Origin: Chrysomallon squamiferum
Lineage: Eukaryota > Animalia > Mollusca
Length of the DNA: 64,000 nt
NCBI GenBank assembly: GCA_012295275.1
Contig: CM022671.1
Location: forward strand, 18,290,001 to 18,354,000
Reading direction: 5' to 3'
This document shows, piece after piece, positions 27,717 through 39,869 of this stretch. Every line of letters begins with the position of its first letter. Within the stretch, counting starts at the first letter, position 1. A program made the translations under genes and the position numbers. Under the pieces are notes generated by a model. It did not search any database, had not been told where the DNA came from, and worked only from the letters and a program-made list of their open reading frames with translations.

Positions 27717-29849
27717 AAAGAAAGATAAACTAAAAACTTGACACTTTATCTATAGTATTTTTAATCATTATCATCATTCATAATGTATACCACTCAATTA
27801 AGAAATAATCCTCAAAAAAAAAAATATTTAAAAAAAATAAAATAAAATTAAAATAAAAAAAATAAAATAAAAATAATAATAAAAATTTTAAAAAATTATA
27901 AAATATTAAGAAAATAATATAAACGAAAATATTTTCAGAATTTTTTTTTTTCCCCCATCCAAAAATCGAAAAAAACACAACCTTATCACTTTATCAGATT
28001 GTGAGGAAATGATGAAAAAGACATCTTCTTGCACGTGCGCCTCGATTTCACAACCAGATGTGGTAAACAACGTGATGTACCACAAATCCGGGGTTAAACC
28101 GCTCGTAGATTGAAAACCTGTCGACGAATTTCTGCATCTGCACCTACCGTCAGTCAGTGGAGAAATAAAATACACACGAGAGAGATATACCGGGTCCACA
28201 GGAGGCGTGCGTGAACTTTTGATGATCCAACGTTGAATACAGGAAAATAAATAATTATTTTCGTATTCTTAACCCGTTGTGAAAGGTAACGGGTGTGAAA
28301 GATGAAATAATAATATTAATAACAATAATAATAATAATAATAAAACCAATAAAAAAAAATAATAATAATAATAAAGTTAAAAAAAAAAAAAAAAAAAAAA
28401 AAACAATTAAAATAAATAAAAAAAAAAAAAAAAAAAAAAAATAATAATAATAATTAAAATAATAATATATAAAAAGAAATAAAGAAATAAAAAATAGAAA
28501 GAAACCAATAATAAAAAAAAAAAAAAAAAAAAACCAAAAATTGGCTTTATATATATAAAAAAAAAAAAATATATATATATATATATATTTCTAAAAATAT
28601 CACGTAATTTTGCTAATTTAATTAAATTGGCATCGAAATACGCACACACACACACATACACACACACACAATCGTAAGTAGTCGTTTCGTCAGATTTAAA
28701 GAAATCAAGCTAATTTTATCAATCTGGCATCGAAATTTACCCAAGCGTCATTTTGAACCAACTATTTCTTAAAATAGTAAGAAATTTTGCTAATTTATTT
28801 AAATTGGCACGGAAATAAAAATGAATCCTAAATAATCAGTTGCTGAAATATTCCTTACTGATGGAATTTGTTTCTTTGTGCGTCATAACTTTTCGCTGAT
28901 ATAATTGAACTGACACTTAAATAAGCTTACAAATTAAAATAAACGATTATGACATTTTATCAAGTTGCTGTGGAAAAGGCAGTTAAACAGAAAAGAAAAG
29001 AAAAGAAATAATAAATTAATAAGCAAATAATAATAATAATAATAATAAATAATAATGATAACAATAATATTAATAATAATACTATAATAATAATAATAAT
29101 AATGAGTAACAATAACAATAATAAAAACAGTAACAACAACAAAAAAACGTCATCAACAACAACAACAGCAATAATGATAATACAATTTTTTAAAATAGCA
29201 CCTAACTGTACAGATTTAATCAAATTAATATACAACAGCTGAACGTCTGTGTGTGTGCGTGTGCGTGTGTGTGTGAATCATCAGACTAATTAATTAAACT
29301 GGTGATGAAATATGCATGCATGCATTTAGAACAAGTTATTTCCTAAAATATCTTGTAAGTTTGTAATTTCATCAAAATGGCCTTCGCGAAATTTTGATAA
29401 ACTGTTTCTCTAAAAAAAATACCACGAATTTAATTTATTTAATAAAAACCAGCTTTGAAAAATACTCTTACGTACGGTACATACAGTTTCTATACATTTC
29501 ATAAAACGCTGCTAATTTAATCATCCGTGCACAGAATTAAATTCATATATCCCAAGCAACGCTGATTTCTATATCACAAAAACATTCTTAATTTAATCAA
29601 ACATTGGACAAACGTAACCCGAAATGCTTCTGAATTTAATTAGTACATCAATCTACCATAGCAGCCAATGTCTTCGTTTGCTTTAAAAAACGATTAGTGA
29701 GGACTGCAAACAAAACAGAAATCTCTAATTATGATACTAACAGGTTTTTATTTTACGGGACGAAGCACTGTCGAAGCCAAATTAACAAGGATTCATTAAT
29801 GTCTGTACACTTTCTTATCTGTTATTGCTTGTTTTTGAAGAAGTATAAG

Positions 29850-30156
29850 ATAACTGACAGTGAGGTTGAGGCAGACTGAGGCGTAATGAATCAAAGGATC
29901 GGTCCTCGTTAAAAGCATCCATCAAACATTTCTCATTCCACAGAGTGTCCCGTGATATTTTTTTCCCCTGTCTGTGAGAAGGTATGTACAAAACGATCCT
30001 TTACTGCTAATCAGCAAAACCAAAAAAGTAGTCCATTTAATTTAATGGCGGTGGCGAGTTTCCTCCATCTTTGAATGTTAGTTTTTAATCGATATGTATG
30101 ACCCATATAACCCATACATTAAACTGTGTAAAGTGAATTGTTAAATTACTATTTCT
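29850..30156 (+). mobile_element. decayed tRNA-derived SINE, probably Meta/MESC-domain superfamily
   Basis: B-box-like ggatcggtcc at 29896. The central cctgtctgtgagaaggt...gatcctttactgctaatc resembles the conserved Meta/MESC domain (CCTGTCTGTGGGA.GGTGCATATAAAAGATCCCTTGCTGCTAAT, recalled). Tail reads atatgtatgacccatataacc. A second copy of the core is at 35635. Confidence 0.7.
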
Positions 30157-30571
30157 ATATATTTATTTTTATCCAGTGTTACGAAGTTGTTTCACTGCAC
30201 CTATCAAGAATTCGACCATATTCTCTGTATTTTTTTGTGAGATGTTAATTTCACTTTCTGAATGGTTTAGGAAACTTTAGGTGCAGAGATCGCATCCTAT
30301 TATCAGCTCCTATTCAGAGCCAAGTGAGAAAATGAAAGACAACCGCCTCTCTCTAACACACTAACATACTAACAGGATTTCAGCAGAAAAACTCAAGCTC
30401 CAGATCAATTTTCAGACGGTGAAATCAATGGTCTTCTATCATCATCAACTACGTTGGCGTAAAATGGTTAACTTTCTTCTTCGGTACATATATTACTGTA
30501 ATTACGATTAATATTGCGCCCTGACAGCGAACTATAATTAATTCTAGTTAATATTCATCTGGGAATGACTT

Positions 30572-30626
30572 TTATTCCTTAACTGACGTTAACACTTATC
30601 AACTTATTCCTTAACTGACGTTAACA
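30572..30626 (+). repeat. 23-bp exact direct repeat (ttattccttaactgacgttaaca) x2, 32-bp period
   Basis: Copies at 30572 and 30604. Confidence 0.9.
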
Positions 30627-30685
30627 AGAGTGTGATGAACGGCTCTTCGATATATGAACTCACATGAACCTAAAAAAAAAAAAAA

Positions 30686-30716
<31 letters not shown>

Positions 30717-31831
30717 TAAATAAAATAAAATAAAATAAAAAATTAAAATTAAATTAAAAAAAAAAATAAAAATAAAAACAAACATAAAAGGAAAAAAAAA
30801 ATTGTTTGATGAGACCAAAAAAAAAAAAAAAAAAAAGAGAAGTTAAAGTGTTTGAACTTGGGGGAAATCGACTGTTATCTGGTTCTCTGTTGGAATTTTT
30901 AGCAGCACCGCGGAGCACGCCGGCAGGAATTTCGCGAGTAAGTCACTCAGTTTTACCCAACTTATAAATTAGTGGAGTTGTCTAGTTAATTATTAGTCGG
31001 TTATGATGTGGCACGCCGGGCCGTGCTACCGACAAATCCAAGCCACAGATCGGTGGTCGTAACAGCTGCACGAATTATAATTGGCTCAATTTTCGGCAAT
31101 AAACGTTGATTTGCCTAATTAGTGCAGAACTTTTGAGCTGGTGCCATACCGATTGGAGGCACGTGGAAACTGTAAACAGTGACACCCGGTAAAGTGGTTA
31201 GAACATTTTTTTTTTTAAACTTTTTTTTTTTTTTTTTTTTAAAGAAATAATATGGTGGAAATGATGATTTACTGGTTCTCGACATATATTTCAAGTGTGA
31301 TCTGATGTAGAGAAGAGCGTAGCAAATCTTTGTTGTTTGGTACACGATGAAGATGTTGTAAGAAAATCAACCTGTATCGAATTTTATCTCGTTTAAAAAT
31401 CTTTTTTTTTTAAGATGTTAAAGTTACAGGATGTGCAGGATGGTTTATGGTCGACTTTGCTTTATTACAGAAAGCACATTTTTTTTTTTTAACCTACTGG
31501 AACAACTGAAAACGAGTTATCTTGGACTTTGGAATGTTAAAAAAAGCTACTGTTTTAAAAGATGACTATTTTACAGATGAATGCAATTTTTCTTAATTTT
31601 TTTCTTAATTTTTATTTTTTATTTATTTATTTATTTATTTTTTATTTTTAATTTTTTGAATACGTATTACAATTTATCCTCGACTCTGCTTAAAACCAGA
31701 AAATATTGGTTTCAAGAACCAGTGTTCAAGACTCCGCAAAATACACAAAGATAAGGATGTAATGATATGATAGCGTTGACATTAATGAAGGAACCTTAAA
31801 AGAAGAAGAAAAATTTGTATAAATTAATCAA

Positions 31832-31884
<53 letters not shown>

Positions 31885-32614
31885 GGGCATGAAAAAAAAA
31901 AAAAAAAACATCTTCGTATCAAATAGCACAAACAAACTCTGACTGACAACCGGTGTTGTGCAATGTCCTGACAGCAAAAGAGATTCAGATTTCATTTTTT
32001 TTTTTTTTTTTTTTTTTTTTCTTTCTTCTAAGACGTTTCTTCAACAAAATTTAACACATGGGTGTTGCATGCTCTTTAATTTCGCATTAAAAAAAAAAAA
32101 AAAAAATGAAAGTAATATCAAATAATGAAATGAATGGCAGATTCATGAAACGTGTTTACAATTTCTGTCCGTATCTCAGCGAGCTTTTTCCTCTTCAGTC
32201 TTCTATTTTTGTTTTATCGGGAGCCCTTACAACACGCGGTCCTGTTAAGTCAATTACGGCCTGCGATTAGAAACAGTGTGGCATTTTTACGATGTCGTTA
32301 TCAGACCATGTATTCAAAAGATTTGCTAATACTATCATTTTCTTTTCCGCGGCGGAGGAACGAGCGACGTTTAACCCCTTGAGTGTTAGAACACGCTTTG
32401 ATTCTTTTCCCGTAACTTCCCGATCGGTTATCATCGCCAGCGTGGTTAAAACCCGTTGGCTTTGCTGGAAATTGTTTACTGCTTGACATCATATTTGTCT
32501 AGGTTTTAAATAATCGTTTAATACACTAACATCGTCTTCAGCAATCTGATCACGTGTATTTTGTATTAAGAAGACCGTCGTGAGATGTCAAAATACCTTG
32601 CAGTGAAGGAAAAG

Positions 32615-32686
<72 letters not shown>

Positions 32687-33467
32687 CTGGCTGGCTGGCT
32701 GGCAGATATATTAACATCGGACTGAAACAGCCCTATGCAGATATCTTTGCAATTACCAGAGTATTTTGCATATGTCATTTCATGGATGGAAAACTGAGAA
32801 GCGTCCTAAAATATCAGCTTTATCCTGAAGACATTAGAAAACGATGAACAGGAATGTATCCGATATCTTAAGTTAGTAACAAGTTATTTTAATTATTCTT
32901 CAATGCTACATAATGCGAAAACACATTAGAAACGAACCGTTTAATTTCATGAATTTACCTTTGCTAAGTTCATCAGGTTTGATTGGTTTTTCGTTTAAAA
33001 CACTCAAGCTAAATATGGGTTTGCTGTGTATAATTCAACAATACATTCCGGTGTAATTTGAAAATTACATTTCTGTAGTTATTTATTAATCAGACTCCAG
33101 AGAGTTGACACTTATGGCAAAAAAATATTTCAAAAAATTTTGCTGCCGTTTTCTATAATTTAATTTCATTTCATTTAATTTAGTTCGCAGCACAGCGGTG
33201 TTCACAGGACATTAAATGATTTTTCTGTAGTGAATGTAATAACAGTCTGTGTGTGGACACGATCTGATGTCAGAAACCGGTAACAGTGAACGAATGGAAG
33301 AATAGGTTAATCATTTGATATACGTAATCATGTGAAGATAATTATAAAGAATGTTGGATATATATGTGTGTGTATATAGCTTTATATTTAGATACAAATT
33401 ACATCAAAGTCAGACAGACAGATGGACACGTGCACGCACGCACGCACACACATAATGACATACAGAC

Positions 33468-33657
<190 letters not shown>

Positions 33658-34082
33658 GTAAAAAAGATAAACTAAGTGATGGATGTTTTTCTTTACACAA
33701 AATCTATGAAACTGAGGACTAAAATCTCTGCCTGTAAAGACCAGACACGCGAGAGCTGCACATTAAGTCGACGAAACACTTTAGCGTGTTATCGACGAGT
33801 TCTATTGGCGTGAAAAGAACACAACATTGATTACTCTGCCAAACTCTTCTTAGAACACTTTCTACGTGCGAACGCCACGCCAAAAAGAACCAGGGCGCGA
33901 TTTCGCTCATAATCAGTGCCACCACACACCGCGGCTGTGTTTTGCTGCCACCATTCAGATGGAAATCAAAAGACCGCGTTCTTGTCCCCATAAATCGAAC
34001 TCTTTGATTGGTTCCTGAATGGAGATTTATCATTTCACTGCCTGGTTCTCATAACACGGGCTTCATTTTCCAGGAGTGCCGA

Positions 34083-34112
34083 CAGCGAGAGACCCGCTGG
34101 GGTCGAAACGTC
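34083..34112 (+). other. degenerate hammerhead-ribozyme-like motif (Penelope-type)
   Basis: A GACCC-gctg-GGGTC hairpin is followed immediately by GAAACGTC. The upstream cagcgaga is a poor match to CTGANGA. Confidence 0.3.
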
Positions 34113-34532
34113 TTTGAATTGCCACTTCTGAAGAAGTTCACCGACGCCTATGTAATCTGGTAGAGGTTCTTCACAGAAGAAGAAACATTCAGATGGTAAT
34201 ATATCATTGAAATGGACTGACAGATTATCCAGTTAAATCTCATTAGGGAGAGAAAATGACCAATCAACGAAAAGGTGTGGGGGAAAATATGGCAGGCGCG
34301 TTTCATTGTTCGGTGGACGTGGACGACTCTCGCTTTTCAATCCACGTCTATAGTTTATGATGGTAAATGTAGCCACACTGCGATACTTTAAAACGAATCA
34401 CTCCAATCAAGGGGACTTTTTTTTTTTTTTTTTTTTTTTTCTTTTGCCTTTTTTTTTTTTTTTTTTTGAATACTCTCTCAATCGTTTCCAAATGTGCTGG
34501 TCTTAACAGAAAACTTGTAAAGAAATGTAATG

Positions 34533-34569
<37 letters not shown>

Positions 34570-35634
34570 ATAAAAGCGCTTTGAGTTATTACTTCAATCA
34601 ATAAGTTTGATTTCCCATAGATATTGAATGTACGTGTTTGTTATTGCATGAAAAGAAAGAAAGAAAGAAAAAAAAAAAACTTCTTAAGGATCTGGCGGGT
34701 TGTTTTTATTCTTTTTCTTTGTCTGGGCTATTTTTGAAGATAATTTCTTCTGTTAAATAAACACAGTTTATGTGCGTGTTTAGCATGAAGCCAATTCTCA
34801 GGTGTGTACACATACACGGTGTTTTCAATTATTGTAAATCGTGAACCGTTTTGCTCTGGCGGTGGAAATGTCAAACATGTAATAATTACAATTAAACGAT
34901 AAACCGTATATTCTACAGATTATTGTGTTTTGAAATCGTATTTGGCTGTATTTTGTTGTTTTTTGGGGGCAAATTATGTTTTAATTTTAAAAATTTTACC
35001 GAAGCAGTTGTGTTTTACTGTTTATCGAAAAATTGTTAGTGAATTACTGTACTTACAACAAAATATTTTCCTTATTTTGTAAAAAAAGATGTTGTTTTTG
35101 TTTTTGTCGTTTTGTTTTTAACAATTTTTTGTATAAATTATGTTTTATTGTGTTTTGTAGAAATTGTGTTTTTACTCACAAAATTTTACTGTAGAAATGG
35201 TGTCTTACTCTCTAATGTACAAAATTGTTCGTTTTGCGATATTTGCTTCAAATCGTATTTTATCGTCTTTTCGTACACATTTTATTTTATCTTGCACTCA
35301 ACAGATTGTTTTATCGATCGTACACATTTCCTTTTTTGCTTTCAATATGCAGAGTGCGTTTTTTTGCGTTCAGTATTTACCGTATTAAATATCTTATTAC
35401 AGATCAAGCTTTACAGTATCAAATTTTTGTACAAACTGTGCATTACAGTGTTTTGTAAAGATAATGTGTTACCTTATTTATTTTCGTTATTTTTTCCTCC
35501 TCTTTACAATTATCAAACAAATATTAGATCGGATGTTTCGTTGTTGCTGTCGTCATCGGTGTAATTATTTTAAATGACATAATCGTTGCACGCCACTGCC
35601 ACGTGATTTCTTTATTAAAACCCCATTTTATTAA

Positions 35635-35720
35635 CCTGACTGTGAGAAGGTGCACATTAAAAACTGCTTACTGCTAATTAAAAAAAAAAAAAAAAAAAAA
35701 AAACCAGCCTCATGGAACGA
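35635..35720 (+). mobile_element. fragment of the same SINE central domain as 29850-30156
   Basis: cctgactgtgagaaggtgcacattaaaaactgcttactgctaat aligns with 29967-30011. Confidence 0.65.
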
Positions 35721-36100
35721 TACTAATAATTAAAGAAAAACTAAAAGAAAAAGAACAAGAAGAAGATTTAAAAAGAAAAAGAAAAAAAGTAATTATATTT
35801 GACAGTTAATAACGATTGAGAAAAGAATGTTTCAATATGTCGTTAAACAAACATTCATTAATTTTGCTGCTGATGTAAATATATCAGAGCGAGGCGACGT
35901 TATTACATCATTAACTGCACTCTGTGACGAGCGACTGAAACCCAGCAAAAACAAATCTTTTATGTCTGCAGAAACAAATGATTTATTGCGTGATATTAAC
36001 AAGCACTGTCACCGTTTACCTCAGTTCGGTTAATCTCATCTCTTTTTCTTCTTCTTTTCTATTTATTTATTTATTTTTTATTTTTTATTTTTTTTATTTT

Positions 36101-36159
<59 letters not shown>

Positions 36160-36289
36160 CATTATTATTAGTTTTTGCTTTTTTGTTGTTGTTGTTGTTT
36201 TTAGCTCGTCTCTACGTCAACCCTGTCTCATCCCACAAGGGAACGAAGCAAACACTGCAGAATTAATTTGTGTTGGAGAATTTAAAGCT

Positions 36290-36390
36290 CTCTTGCGCGT
36301 TCCGGTGTCACGCGGTGACGTCATTGGCATAACCTCTGACCCTGCCTCAATTTGTCAGATTTTGAAACCGATTGGCGGGCAGCCGTAATG
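36290..36390. promoter_or_regulatory. promoter-like island with a full CRE and two inverted CCAAT boxes
   Basis: TGACGTCA at 36316-36323; ATTGG at 36323 and 36371; CpG-rich. Motif matches only. Confidence 0.4.
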
Positions 36391-38221
36391 CAACAGTAAT
36401 GTGGGTCCGATGCCAAAGAACTGCGCCTTCGCTTCACCTTGTACTTCCATTAAATAAAATATCGCCATGTTCTTGCTGGATCAATCGGACATTTCTGACA
36501 ACTTGAGGTCGTTATCACTTGAAGGTTGCCAGGGGCCGAGGTAGAAAACGTCCGCGGTATTGCTAATGCCCGTGCGTTAGAAAAACACATTTATTAAATA
36601 CTTCCTTTCGGTAATGGGAATTTCATTTTATTGTATTTTTATTTCGTTTCTTGAGATTTTCTTTCGTTCTTTCTTTTTTTTTATTTTTTTTTTTTCCCTT
36701 TAGTTTTTTTTTTTTTCGAATTTGCTTATTTTTTCTTCTTTTTGCCCCGATCACTGCTAGCGTTTTTTTTTTTTTTTTTTCCCCAACCATTCATGTTAAT
36801 GAATAGCTTAGATGTTTTTAATTTTCAAAAGAAAAGAAAAAGAATAAAAGCATTTGGTCGATCATTTATCTTTGAAAAAACATTTCTCTCTCTCTCTGAC
36901 TGTGCACATATGAATATATATATGTATGTATCTATGTATGTATGTATTTATGTATGTACGTATGTATGTATGTGTGATGTATGTTTAGGTGTATACGTAT
37001 GTGATAATGTGTGTATACACGTATATTTTATGTATGTACGTATACATTAATTTCTGTTTCATATTCACCTACAGCGCCATTTCTTCTTCTTCTCCTATCT
37101 TTTTTATTTACACATTTTTTTCTCACAGATTTTAAATTACAATTTTTTTTTTTTTACACCAAGACTGTGTGTGTGCATCTTTCTTGATTACCGATTCTCT
37201 TAGTAAAAGTGAACAGCGTATGACTCTTATTTCATTAAGTCAGGCAAATGAAGGTCAACGAAAGTTATCTGAAAGAGGCTAATGTGTACGGAGTCTTTAG
37301 TTACTCTTACTCGTATTGGTCTAAAATCCCCCATTTTTTTTTTTTTTTTTTTTATCGAACTGCGCACTCTTGCTAGAACGTCATGCTTGGTAAATCCGTT
37401 TCCTAGCTCTCTCCCCCAGCAGCGGAACACGCATAATAGGCTTGCTCGGAGAAGTAAAGAAAAACGCATTTCCTTAACAGACAGACATCGGGCTTGTCAC
37501 GAAATTTGGGACAAGTATACACCGCCAGTTACAATCCGCAGCCTCAGATGGAATTGGAAAATAATAACATTAGATGAACCCGCGGTGCTGGCAGGGATCG
37601 GAGATGGGTTGAAAAAGAGCTCCATCAATTCCTCGTCCCTCTCTCTCGCGCGTGCGCGTCACGTGCCCATCTCGCGCTCGCGTGGAACGTCTCGTTTCCC
37701 CTTTTTTACATCGACGTCCGTTTTTCTACATGTCTTGCTCTAGCTCTTAACTCAGAATTAATTAACAATTAATTGCGACGAATTTCCCCGTTCAGCATTC
37801 ATCATCACCACCACACAGGCAAATACTATTACCGTTAAATCTGCAAATTTATCGTGGCGTTGTTTATCCCGAGTCAAAATCGGAGAATTCATGAACGCTG
37901 GTATTAAATTACGAAATCTAAATTCAATAAGATGGTCGTAAACTCTTTCGCTGTTTTTGCCGGTATTGAGCATGCCCGTCGAGCCGTGGATGAAATATAG
38001 GTTTAATTTATCAAGCGGGCTGAGAGAACTGACCCTCGTTTAATCGCAGTGTTTTGCCACGCGTCCAAAATCTTTTAATGTTTCACCGCACGCCAGATCT
38101 TTTTAAGAATTCCGGCGCTTTCGCATTTCCCTTATCACTTTTCCGAGGGTATCTGGTGCAAAAACATTTTCAAAACAAATACATCACACAAAGTATATAT
38201 ATTTTCTAAAGGCCATATTTT

Positions 38222-38258
<37 letters not shown>

Positions 38259-38348
38259 CAGTTTTTTGTGTTTATCTTTGTCACTGAATGTCTTCAGAGT
38301 CATTTTTGTGGCGACTTTCGTATCTTCTTCATAAAAGATGTTTTATAG

Positions 38349-38350
<2 letters not shown>

Positions 38351-38409
<59 letters not shown>

Positions 38410-38470
38410 ATGTGTATGTATATGTGTGTGTGTATGTGTGTGTGTATATGTGTGTGTATGTGTGTGTGTA

Positions 38471-38537
<67 letters not shown>
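38351..38537. repeat. (TG)n/(TA) compound microsatellite
   Basis: Read directly from the sequence. Confidence 0.96.
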
Positions 38538-38540
<3 letters not shown>

Positions 38541-38922
38541 CGAACCATTTCTTAATTATTTTCCTTTAATCAAAGACATCTTTGGGAAAAAAAAAAGATT
38601 CAAGCACGCCTTCATGGACGTGCTTATAAGCATGCATGTCTGCTCTCTCATTATCAGACGTCATCTTTCCTTGCTGTATTTTAAATAACATTTTGGGTGT
38701 TGCGTAAACACAGTACTTGATAGTTAAGCAGAATTCCTCATTGTCTTTCAGTGTACATTGAGAACTGTTTTATTCAAATACAATGACAGTCGTCTGTGAT
38801 TGTCATCAACTCAGCACAAAATGTAATTCTCAAACAGAACAGATTGTTTAGAGCTTAAATGCAGTTTTCATACTGCTTTGCTTTTATCCATTTTAACTGT
38901 TTTTCGTTTTCTTTTTTTTTTA

Positions 38923-39000
<78 letters not shown>

Positions 39001-39189
39001 CACACACAAAATACGCAACATATACACACAAAACAGACATGACAACAATACGGTAAAAAAAAAAAAAATTTAAATTTAAAAAAAGCAACAAAAAAATAAT
39101 TTATGCTTGAAAGCTGTACATCACACGCTCACACGCTCGAACTGACATACGCGTGCATGTATATTCTATTATGTTATCACGATTTTTGG

Positions 39190-39226
<37 letters not shown>

Positions 39227-39869
39227 TTTTTTTAAATTTACATTCTTTAACTACCATATCTCTTTGCTGTATCGATAGTTTTCTCACGAGTAAAGCCGTT
39301 ACACAACCGTTAGCAATTCTAACAGTACATTTCATCTGTAAATTCCGTTATTTGAAGAGTGCATGTTATTATATTTGTTTTTTCTTTACCACGTTTTCTT
39401 TTTTTTGAAAACCTTTGATTGATTGCTTTTGATTGCGAGTGTTATCTGAAACGTTGCCTTTGAAACAAGTCTTGGATTCTGAACAGTTCTCCATGCTGAA
39501 TTTAGTTTGTTGTGTACAATGTTTATTGTTAGAAATAGCTTCTTCCTATTTGAATAATAATACAAAAAATATATGTGCTATTGTCAGTAGTGTTAACTGA
39601 AAAAATAGTTAAAATTTACATTATTAGTATGTAATAATAACAATATTAATATTAATAAAAATAATATAACAACAACAACATAGTATTATTATTATTATAT
39701 AATAGAGAAAAAAAAAAAAAGAATGAATGAATGTATGAAAGAATGAATAATAACAACAGTAATAAACAGCAAAATAAAGTAAATAAATAAATAAATATTA
39801 CTGATCAGTATCTTTTGCATTAGTAGAATTTGTCTGAGCTTTTGTTAATAGTGACTAATATTAGCAAAG

